Source of the DNA: an uncultured Gemmatimonas sp.
Lineage (GTDB): Bacteria; Gemmatimonadota; Gemmatimonadetes; Gemmatimonadales; Gemmatimonadaceae
Reading direction: 5' to 3'
Assembly (NCBI GenBank): GCA_964498895.1
Contig: CAZCIM010000003.1
Span: 9,186 to 73,185 of the forward strand
Length of the DNA stretch: 64,000 bases
Position numbers and translations under genes: made by a program. The notes below the pieces were generated by a model. The model ran no database searches, was not told the origin of the DNA, and was given only the letters and a program-made list of their open reading frames with translations. The number at the start of each line of letters is the position of its first letter. The stretch's first letter is position 1. Below, piece by piece: positions 49,153 to 57,238 of this stretch.

Positions 49153-51983
49153 TGCCCAAGAAGCCCGCCGCGAAGTCCGCAAGACCCATCAAGTCCACCA
49201 AGGCCGTCGAGGCGTTGGTGCACGACGAAGCCAAGCGCAAGAACATCCCGACTGCCGAGTACTCGGCGATGCACGGCAAGGGTGAGGAGACGCTGCGCGT
49301 GGCGTACGAGCGCCGTAACCGCGACCTCGACCCGCAGCTGGTGTGGCGCGGAAAGGACGAGCAAGACTGGAGCGATCTCGTCGTGCCGGCGCCGCCGCTC
49401 TACATCCAGGAGAAGGTGCATCCCAAGGCCTTGATTGACGACCTGCTGCGGCAGTCGCGCGAGGCCAAGCACGACAGCGGCGAGCTGATGGCCGACCTCT
49501 TCTCGGATTTCAACGGAATCCCGAAGGGTGTGGACAAGACCGAGTTCTATCAGCACGACCAGAACTGGACGAACCGAATGATTCTCGGCGATTCGCTGCA
49601 GGTGATGGCGTCGCTGGCGGAGCGGGAGGGGCTGCGGGGGAAGGTGCAGTGCATCTACTTCGATCCGCCGTATGGAATCAAGTTCAATTCGAACTTCCAG
49701 TGGAGTACGACATCTAGCAACGTCAAGGACGGAAACGCAGCTCACATTACCCGTGAGCCAGAGCAGGTGAAGGCGTTTCGCGACACCTGGCGAGATGGGA
49801 TTCACTCCTATTTGACGTACCTGCGAGATCGGCTTACGGTCGCGAGAGACCTCCTCACGGAAAGCGGGAGCATCTTTGTGCAGATCAGCGATGAGAATCT
49901 GCATCGCGTCCGTAGTGTGCTTGACGAGGTGTTCGGTCCTGAGAACTTCGTGAGTCAGATTGGATACCACTCAACCTCGGGGTCGACGAACGTTTTCCTG
50001 GCGAACCCAAAAGACTACGCCCTGTGGTATGCTCGCAAGAAGTCTGAGGTGAAGTTTCGGCGACTGTTTGTCGAACGACCCTTCGAAGTGGATGATCCCG
50101 GGCCGTGGCAAATTGTTGAGAGAAGGGCACGCCGGCAGCGACTAAGCGAGTACCTTGAGGAAGGTGGTCGGCTCGATGCGGACGGCCTGAGGGTCCTTCG
50201 CCTAGGCGATGCGACGTCTCAGCGCCAGGGTCGAGACGCTGGGGATGACTCCGCGATGGGATTCCCGTTTGAGTTCGAAGGAAAGGTGTTCCGCCCCTCC
50301 GGCTCCCGCGGATGGTCGACTACGGCCCTCGGTATGGCTCGCGCGGCTCGCGCGCAACGTTTATATGGTGGCGGTCGGACATTGAGTCTCGTTCGCTATT
50401 TCGACGAGTCTCCGTTCTTTCCATTGACGAGCTCCTGGGAGGATACGGGCGGGACAATCGGAGCGGACAAGGTCTACGTCGTGCAAACAAACGTCCGCGT
50501 GATCCAGCGCTGTGTGCTGATGGCTACGGATCCCGGCGACCTGGTTCTTGATCCGACTTGTGGTTCAGGCAGCACTGCAGCCGTTGCTGAGCATTGGGGA
50601 CGGCGATGGATTACGGTTGACACTTCGCGGGTTGCCCTAGCTCTCGCTCGGTCTCGGCTGATGGGCTCGCGCTACCCCGCGTTTCTTCTTGCCGACGCCC
50701 GTGAAGGTCAGTTGAAGGAAGCCGAGCTAACGAGAACGTCGCCCAGTCTGACTTCGGCGCGTTCGGATCTCAGGCTTGGCTTCGTCTATGAGCGAGTTCC
50801 GCACGTTACTCTGAAGTCGATTGCAAACAATGCAGAGATTGATGTCATCTGGGAGAGGTGGCAGAACTCTCTTGAGCCGCTACGCGCGGAGCTCAACTCT
50901 CAATTGAAGAAGAAGTGGGAAGAATGGGAGGTCCCGCGCGAACCCGAAGAGACGTGGCCCGCCCAGGCCAAGTCTGCGCACGCGGCCTGGTGGGACGCGC
51001 GAATCGCGCGCCAGAAGGACATCGACGCCTCGATCGCGGCGAAGGCTGAGTACGAATTCCTCTACGACAGGCCGTACGAGGACAAGAAGAAGGTCCGCGT
51101 CGCGGGCCCCTTCACGGTCGAGTCGCTGTCGCCTCACCGGATGCTCGCGGTAGACGAGGATGGCACGCCGGTCACGGACTCGGTGCTAGAGAAGAAGATT
51201 GGATACGCTGCAGCTGGGCAGACCTTCCCGGAGCGCATCCTTGAGAATCTCAAAGTCGCCGGTGTGCAGCAGGCCTCAAAGCAGGACCGCATCAGCTTCG
51301 ATTCGCTGCTCCCTTGGCCGGGCGAGTATGTCTGCGCGGAAGGGACGTATCTGGAAGGCGCGAAGTCCAAGCGGGCAGCCGTGTTCATCGGCCCGGAGTT
51401 TGGAACGGTTACGAGGCCGGACCTGGTCAGCGCAGCCCGCGAGGCCGCCGAGGCTGGCTTTGAAGTTCTGATTGCCTGCGCGTTCAACTTCGAAGCGCAC
51501 ACGACCGAGTTCGAGAAGCTAGGAAAGATTCCTGTCCTAAAGGCCCGGATGAACGCCGACTTGCATATGGCTGAGGACCTCAAGACCACGGACAAGGCAA
51601 ACCTGTTCGTGATCTTCGGTGAACCAGATATCGAGGTCGAGACTCGCAAGGATGGGCGTTTGACCGTGACGGTGAAGGGCGTGGATGTCTTCGACCCGAG
51701 CACAGGGGAGGTGAGGTCCGACGACGTTGACGGTATCGCCTGCTGGTTCGTGGACACGGACTACAACGAAGAGAGCTTCTTCGTCCGGCACGCGTACTTC
51801 TTGGGGCAGAACGATCCTTACCAGGCGCTCAAGACGACTCTTAAGGCGGAGATCAATGCCGAGGCCTGGGAGACGCTCAACTCGGCGACGAGCCGGCCGT
51901 TCGAGCGGCCGAAGTCTGGGCGTATCGCGGTCAAGGTCATCAATCACCTCGGGGACGAGGTCATGAAGGTGTTTCGGGTCTAG
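49152..51983 (+). CDS. Type III-like DNA methyltransferase (Mod, beta-class amino-MTase)
   Basis: YFDPPYG precedes VLDPTCGSGST; TGATG coupling to fic. Confidence 0.9.
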   Translation: MPKKPAAKSARPIKSTKAVEALVHDEAKRKNIPTAEYSAMHGKGEETLRVAYERRNRDLDPQLVWRGKDEQDWSDLVVPAPPLYIQEKVHPKALIDDLLRQSREAKHDSGELMADLFSDFNGIPKGVDKTEFYQHDQNWTNRMILGDSLQVMASLAEREGLRGKVQCIYFDPPYGIKFNSNFQWSTTSSNVKDGNAAHITREPEQVKAFRDTWRDGIHSYLTYLRDRLTVARDLLTESGSIFVQISDENLHRVRSVLDEVFGPENFVSQIGYHSTSGSTNVFLANPKDYALWYARKKSEVKFRRLFVERPFEVDDPGPWQIVERRARRQRLSEYLEEGGRLDADGLRVLRLGDATSQRQGRDAGDDSAMGFPFEFEGKVFRPSGSRGWSTTALGMARAARAQRLYGGGRTLSLVRYFDESPFFPLTSSWEDTGGTIGADKVYVVQTNVRVIQRCVLMATDPGDLVLDPTCGSGSTAAVAEHWGRRWITVDTSRVALALARSRLMGSRYPAFLLADAREGQLKEAELTRTSPSLTSARSDLRLGFVYERVPHVTLKSIANNAEIDVIWERWQNSLEPLRAELNSQLKKKWEEWEVPREPEETWPAQAKSAHAAWWDARIARQKDIDASIAAKAEYEFLYDRPYEDKKKVRVAGPFTVESLSPHRMLAVDEDGTPVTDSVLEKKIGYAAAGQTFPERILENLKVAGVQQASKQDRISFDSLLPWPGEYVCAEGTYLEGAKSKRAAVFIGPEFGTVTRPDLVSAAREAAEAGFEVLIACAFNFEAHTTEFEKLGKIPVLKARMNADLHMAEDLKTTDKANLFVIFGEPDIEVETRKDGRLTVTVKGVDVFDPSTGEVRSDDVDGIACWFVDTDYNEESFFVRHAYFLGQNDPYQALKTTLKAEINAEAWETLNSATSRPFERPKSGRIAVKVINHLGDEVMKVFRV

Positions 51984-52065
51984 GGTGGCGAACAAGCGGC
52001 TACCGCTACCGATTGTGAGTTCGGCATTTATTCGGTATTATTGGTTACTGCTTTCCAAGGTACAA

Positions 52066-52824
52066 ATGGGCACTAGGACCCGGATAGAGTGGACTGACGC
52101 AACGTGGAACCCGATGACCGGTTGCACGAAAGTGTCGGCCGGCTGTGACCACTGCTATGCTGCGGTGGTGGCCGAGAGGCGCACTCGTGAGGTCTACCTC
52201 CGGCGGCTACCCGTTTGCGATACGGAGGCGAATCGCTCCAATCCGTTCGCCCCACGCTTCTGGCCCGAGAGGCTGAGACAGCCCTTGAGCTGGCGTGAGC
52301 CTCGTCGCGTGTTCGTGAACAGCATGTCGGATGTGTTCCATGCGCAGTTCTCATTCGAGATGATCCGCCAGGTGTTTGAGATCATGAACGAGGCGAGTCA
52401 CCACCATTTTCAGCTTCTCACGAAGCGCCCCGAACGCGCACGGCGTTACGCTGACAGGCTCAACTGGTCCGAGAACGTCTGGATAGGGACCTCCGTAGAG
52501 AGCATGGAGGTTGCACATCGAGTGGACGTGTTGCGCGAAATTCCAGCGACTGTTCGCTTCATCTCCGCAGAACCGCTTCTAGGGCCGCTGGATGGCCTTG
52601 ACTTGGCGGGCATCCACTGGGTCATTGGCGGTGGAGAGAGTGGGGTTGGCTTCCGGGCCCCGAAGGTTGAGTGGGCGAGAGGGCTGAGGCGACTGTGTCG
52701 GACTGCCGACGTACCATTCTTCTGGAAGCAGTGGGGTGGCCTCCGCCCGAGGGAGCGCGGAAGGTTGCTGGACGGCAAGGAGTGGAATGAGTACCCCGTG
52801 CTCGTGTCGGCGGGGCGCGCGTGA
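52066..52824 (+). CDS. DUF5131 (phage Gp37/Gp68-like) three-Cys protein
   Basis: IEWTDATWNP..GCTKVSAGCDHCYA, FVNSMSD, LTKRP, SAEPLLG, GGESG, FFWKQWGG. Confidence 0.9.
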   Translation: MGTRTRIEWTDATWNPMTGCTKVSAGCDHCYAAVVAERRTREVYLRRLPVCDTEANRSNPFAPRFWPERLRQPLSWREPRRVFVNSMSDVFHAQFSFEMIRQVFEIMNEASHHHFQLLTKRPERARRYADRLNWSENVWIGTSVESMEVAHRVDVLREIPATVRFISAEPLLGPLDGLDLAGIHWVIGGGESGVGFRAPKVEWARGLRRLCRTADVPFFWKQWGGLRPRERGRLLDGKEWNEYPVLVSAGRA

Positions 52825-53927
52825 CGGATCCAATTCTCTGGCCGCTTGGCAAGCATTCACCGGGAAAACATCTAGTTCTGAAGCGATATCTTGACGCTTG
52901 GCTTCCCATCTTGGGGACTACGCAGGGTCGAATTCTCTTCGTCGACGGCTTCAGTGGCCCTGGAGAGTACAGCACTGGAGAGACTGGTTCACCGATTATC
53001 GCCCTCAACGCGCTGAAGAACCACTCGGCAAGAGCAAAGATAGACGCAGAGGTTCAATTCTTTTTCGTAGACTCAGACCGTCGCCGGATCGAACATCTTC
53101 GCCACCTCGTTCGCGCGACGTGGCCGGAACGCCCCTCAAGCGTTCAAGTGCATTTCGAGGTCGGGAAGTTTGACGAGACACTTGCCGCAGCCATCGCCAG
53201 CCTCGACGCGGCGAGGCAGCAGCTCGCGCCTGCATTCGTCATGGCCGACCCATTCGGGATTTCGGATACGCCGATGGAGGTATTTCAGCGCATTTTGAAG
53301 AACGATAAATCAGAGGTGTACATATCGTTCATGTGGGAGCATATCAATCGATTCAAAGGGTCGACAGAGTTTGAGCCGCACCTAGACCGAATGTTCGGTA
53401 CGCCACGTTGGCGCGAAGGAATCGATATCGAGGATACGAAGGCGCGGTGTGCGTTTCTCTTCGATTTGTATGCCAGTCAGCTAAGGGCTGCCGGTGCAAA
53501 GTATGTCGTGCGCTTCGATTTGTACGAAGGGAATCGGCTAAAGTACGCAATCTTCTTCGGCACTAAGCATGCGAAGGCGTGTGATCGGATGAAGCAAGCG
53601 ATCTGGGCTGTTGCGCCATTCGGCGATTTTTCCTTCCGAGGTGTGCGTGGTGGACAGCTTGGCTTGGCGCTTCACGAGGCCAATCTAGATGGCCTCGCCA
53701 GTGAGATTCTGAACAAGTTTCACGATGCCGGCTGGGTATCTGTGGACACAGTGGCTGCATTTTGTCAGTCGGATGAGACCGATTTCACGACTTCCCACCA
53801 CAAAGGGGCGCTGAGATTGCTCGAGCGGCAGGGTCTCGTCGAGGTCGATCCGACCTCGAGAACGAAGCGCGGAACCTTTCCGGACGGAACGAGGCTGCGC
53901 TTTCTGGCAACCGAATTGTCGCAGTGA
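52821..53927 (+). CDS. tcmP: Three-Cys-motif partner protein (methyltransferase-like fold + wHTH)
   Basis: H..KH..LKRYL..W, FVDGFSGPG, GSPI.AL, DPFG; GTGA overlap with DUF5131. Confidence 0.85.
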   Translation: MTDPILWPLGKHSPGKHLVLKRYLDAWLPILGTTQGRILFVDGFSGPGEYSTGETGSPIIALNALKNHSARAKIDAEVQFFFVDSDRRRIEHLRHLVRATWPERPSSVQVHFEVGKFDETLAAAIASLDAARQQLAPAFVMADPFGISDTPMEVFQRILKNDKSEVYISFMWEHINRFKGSTEFEPHLDRMFGTPRWREGIDIEDTKARCAFLFDLYASQLRAAGAKYVVRFDLYEGNRLKYAIFFGTKHAKACDRMKQAIWAVAPFGDFSFRGVRGGQLGLALHEANLDGLASEILNKFHDAGWVSVDTVAAFCQSDETDFTTSHHKGALRLLERQGLVEVDPTSRTKRGTFPDGTRLRFLATELSQ

Positions 53928-54174
53928 TTGTCCCTGCGGCAAGTCAATGCACGCGGCCCGGGGATGCTCCGGCGACCGACGGAGGCTTTTGTAGCCTCGG
54001 TGGCAGGGCTCCTCTGTGAGTTCTTGGTGGCCGCCCCCTACTCCGCTCCGCAATACGTCAGGATGGCAAACGGAAGTCATCCATTGTTCGGCTGGAGCCA
54101 CGATTCACTGATGGAGGTCTTGGGCGCTGCGTCTAGTACCGATTCGCGCGTGTTCGCTTCTGTCTGGGTTTAGA

Positions 54175-54201
54175 CGTCCTGCGGCACGCCGCGGCAGGAC
54201 G
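54175..54201. terminator. Hairpin between tcmP and the NTase gene
   Basis: CGTCCTGC-N11-GCAGGACG; no clear U tract. Confidence 0.3.
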
Positions 54202-54294
54202 AGATTGCGCCAGAGGAGCATGGAAATAATTACCTTGAGCCTCAAGCGGTGCTAGCTTTATGTCCTCACGTACTTCAACTCCAATTCTTGCGCA

Positions 54295-55356
54295 ATGAGT
54301 GCGATTCAGGCACCGAAACTTACCGAGTTAGAGCACCTGCTTGGTAAACAGTGGAGCGCGATTGCTGCAGCGCGGAGACGGGCGCTTGACAAGATTTCCG
54401 CAGTTGAAGGCGTGGTTGATGCCGTTACGCCGACCGACACCTCGCTCGTCGTGTTTGGGTCCGTTGCGCGGGGAGAGGTGACTTCCGGCAGCGACATCGA
54501 CTGGACGCTCCTGATTGACGGGCAAGCCTACCCTAGCCACTTGAATGCCGCGCTGGACTTGGAAGATGCGTTCAAGACGGCAGGTCTCAAAGGTCCGGGT
54601 TCGGAGGGAACTTTCGGTGGCATGTCTTTCAGCCACGACATCGTTCATCTCATTGGCGGACAGGATGACACCAATCGAAACATGACTCAGCGCATTCTTC
54701 TGTTGCTTGAATCACGTGCGATCGGGGACGTCGCTGTTTATGATCGGGTGAAAAAGCAGGTATTGAAGCGATATGTCGCTGAGGACTTCGGGCTTGTTAC
54801 CGGAAATAACCCGAGTCACGTGCCGCGGTTTCTTCTGAATGACATCGTGAGATATTGGCGAACTGTCGCGGTTGATTTTGCATACAAGCGGCGAGAGCGG
54901 CAGGCGAAGGGCTGGGCCCTTCGAACCGTGAAGCTGCGTCTTTCGCGAAAACTGACGTATGTCAGTGGTCTTGTCGCGTGCTTCACTAGTGCGGCGCATG
55001 AGAACGTGGCCGCTGAAGAGCGCGTGCTGCGAACGGTCGACCGGCTTCAATCGGTTCTAGAGCAGGTCCCTCTTGAAACCGTCGCCGGCGCGCTGCTGGA
55101 TTGCATCGACGCGCCGGGGATTCGAGCGGCTGCGGACAGTTTGTTTTCCGCCTACGACGATTTTCTCGCACTGATTGACGACCCGGCGAAGCGAAATGCT
55201 TTGGATGCGCTCTTACCGTCCGACGCAGCGCGGGACCCGCTCTATCAGAGTGCCCGTGAAACAGGCCACCGCTTCCAGCATGCACTGAACAGTATCTTTC
55301 TCGTTCCCAACGGCACGAGTCTAAACAAACTCATGTTGACCTACGGGGTGTTTTAG
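54295..55356 (+). CDS. Pol-beta-superfamily nucleotidyltransferase with helical C-terminal domain
   Basis: VVFGSVARGEVTSGSDIDW; RILLLLES, FLLNDIVRYWRT, KLRLSRKL. Confidence 0.8.
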   Translation: MSAIQAPKLTELEHLLGKQWSAIAAARRRALDKISAVEGVVDAVTPTDTSLVVFGSVARGEVTSGSDIDWTLLIDGQAYPSHLNAALDLEDAFKTAGLKGPGSEGTFGGMSFSHDIVHLIGGQDDTNRNMTQRILLLLESRAIGDVAVYDRVKKQVLKRYVAEDFGLVTGNNPSHVPRFLLNDIVRYWRTVAVDFAYKRRERQAKGWALRTVKLRLSRKLTYVSGLVACFTSAAHENVAAEERVLRTVDRLQSVLEQVPLETVAGALLDCIDAPGIRAAADSLFSAYDDFLALIDDPAKRNALDALLPSDAARDPLYQSARETGHRFQHALNSIFLVPNGTSLNKLMLTYGVF

Positions 55357-56046
55357 GTGAGGACCATTGGATTCTCCACGGGCGCTCTTGCTCTCGGGGA
55401 TTTCCGCGGAGCCCTGGATGCACTTAAAGGCCTTCCCGTAGGTGCCGTAGAGCTGTCCGCTCTCCGGATCGAGGAGCTTGACGGGCTTCTGGGGGCGCTC
55501 GATGATCTCGACCTAAGCGGTTTTCGATACGTCGCTGTGCATGCGCCAAGCACGTTTTCGGCTTTGGAGGAGCCTGGGCTGATCGACAAGCTGCTGAAGG
55601 TGGTGTCTCGCGGCTTCAACGTGATTCTGCATCCTGACTCGATGCACCACGTACCGTCCTGGAGGCGCTTGGGAGAGCGATTGTGCTTAGAGAATATGGA
55701 TAAGCGAAAGCCGATTGGACGTACGGCTGCGGAACTACGCGGCTACTTCGATGTGCTTCCGGCAGCTGGACTGTGCTTCGATATCGCTCACGCGAGGCAG
55801 GTTGATGGTTCAATGACAGAGGCGTATCGCCTTTTGAGCGAGTTTGGCGACCGGCTTCGGCAGGTTCACATCAGCGAGGTGAATGTCGCGAGTAAGCACG
55901 CCCACATCTCAAGTGCTGCTTCTGCGGACTTTTCTGAGGTGAGGAATCTTATCCCGAGCGACATACCTGTCATTGTCGAGGCGCAGGTTGCTCAATCGGA
56001 CATCACATCGGAACTTCAAGTAGTAGCCAAGGCGCTTGGGGGGTGA
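55357..56046 (+). CDS. Xylose-isomerase/endonuclease-IV-like TIM-barrel metalloenzyme
   Basis: VHAP, LHPD, LENMD, FDIAH, VHISE, KH, IVE; GTG directly abuts the upstream TAG. Confidence 0.75.
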   Translation: MRTIGFSTGALALGDFRGALDALKGLPVGAVELSALRIEELDGLLGALDDLDLSGFRYVAVHAPSTFSALEEPGLIDKLLKVVSRGFNVILHPDSMHHVPSWRRLGERLCLENMDKRKPIGRTAAELRGYFDVLPAAGLCFDIAHARQVDGSMTEAYRLLSEFGDRLRQVHISEVNVASKHAHISSAASADFSEVRNLIPSDIPVIVEAQVAQSDITSELQVVAKALGG

Positions 56047-56107
56047 GCTGTGCGTCGCCGTCGTTCCGGTTCTACCATACGCACTTAACTTTTCGGCGCC
56101 GTGACGC

Positions 56108-57238
56108 GTGTATGCGAGCTGGGCTTTAACAACCATTTCTGACATTTCTCGACTGTGGCGCGGGTCCTCGTGCTGCCCGGTCCCCCCCGCCCGAGCCCGC
56201 GACCTCATCGCCTGGGTCCTCGACAAGCCCAAGTTCTGGCCCTCCGCCAACCCCGACTACGAACTCTCCGAGGCCGAGGAACAGGCCATCCGAGCGGCCG
56301 CCGAAAAGCTGAAGCAGGGCATGCCCCTCCAATACGCCGTCGGCAAAGCCCCCTTCCGCCACCTCAACCTCAAAGTCACACAAGACGCCCTGATCCCCAG
56401 GCCCGAAACCGAGCTCCTCGTCGAGCTCGTCATCGCGGCCCAACGAGGCGGTAAGGGCACGGTTGTAGACGTCGGCACCGGCACCGGCGCCATCGCCCTG
56501 GCCCTCGCCGCCGAGTCCGCCTTCGAGCGAGTCATCGCCATTGACCTCTCCGAGAAGGCCCTCGATGTGGCAAAAGCCAACCTGCAGGCCATCCCACCGG
56601 AAAAGCGGAACAGGCTGACCTTCCTCCACGGCGACCTCGTCGCGCCGCTCTTGGCCCCGCAGGGCGCCGATGCGCCCCGTAGCGCGGCCGACGCGCAGCC
56701 CCCGGCGGCCCCATCCCTCGTCGAAGCCATCGTCTCCAACCCCCCGTATATTTCTCCATCCGAGGCCGCCGAGCTGCCGGCCTTGGTCCGCGACTGGGAG
56801 CCCCACATGGCCCTCTTCGCGGAGCGCAACGGGATGGCAATCATCGAACGGCTCATCCAGCAGGCGGGAGACATCCTCCAGTCTGGCGGATTACTGGCCA
56901 TGGATGTGGACAGCCGACGCTCGGATCTCGTCGCTTCGCGCGGTGAACGCGACCACGCACTCAACACTAGCGAGCACAAACTTCACGTGGCGGGACGACG
57001 GCGCCTCGTGCTGGCCCCACGGGCGCTGGCGCAAGCAGGCACCGCACTTCGTTCAGCGCATCCTCAGCCGGCACTGCGACATCAGGGCGCACACCCCGTG
57101 CCGGTTGCGACGCGCCCCAGTCGTACGAAATCAGTGGGATGTCAATCTCGAATCCTGTTCCCGGGAAGGTGGCGAAGAAGAGATTGCCGCCGGTATGCGC
57201 GCGGAGACTTCCTCCGCTCTCTTCTCCGACGAGCGTAA
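56108..57238 (+). CDS. prmC: Release factor glutamine methyltransferase, possibly degenerate
   Basis: PLQYAVG, LIPRPETELLV, DVGTGTGAIA, SNPPY; recognisable only about 56190-57020, ends look eroded. Confidence 0.75.
   Translation: MYASWALTTISDISRLWRGSSCCPVPPARARDLIAWVLDKPKFWPSANPDYELSEAEEQAIRAAAEKLKQGMPLQYAVGKAPFRHLNLKVTQDALIPRPETELLVELVIAAQRGGKGTVVDVGTGTGAIALALAAESAFERVIAIDLSEKALDVAKANLQAIPPEKRNRLTFLHGDLVAPLLAPQGADAPRSAADAQPPAAPSLVEAIVSNPPYISPSEAAELPALVRDWEPHMALFAERNGMAIIERLIQQAGDILQSGGLLAMDVDSRRSDLVASRGERDHALNTSEHKLHVAGRRRLVLAPRALAQAGTALRSAHPQPALRHQGAHPVPVATRPSRTKSVGCQSRILFPGRWRRRDCRRYARGDFLRSLLRRA

Larger units (their letters stand above)
42850..56100. mobile_element. Putative defence/genomic island (no integrase seen)
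   Basis: Lower-GC segments, RM/Fic/DUF5131/TcmP/NTase cargo, located between prfA and prmC; boundaries approximate. Confidence 0.6.

Noticed and set aside
53928-54173. 81-aa ORF between tcmP and the NTase
   Set aside because: TTG start, no RBS or motif; unsupported.
54234-54246. CTTGAG-C-CTCAAG dyad upstream of the NTase
   Set aside because: Short enough to arise by chance; no matching regulator or correctly spaced promoter.
54295-55356. Calling the NTase a CBASS CD-NTase
   Set aside because: No Cap effector or ancillary genes, and the C-terminal motifs look more GlnD/GlnE/DUF294-like; needs a structure search.
39103-56200. Prophage or ICE
   Set aside because: No integrase, structural, replication or conjugation genes; the phage label of DUF5131 alone is not enough.
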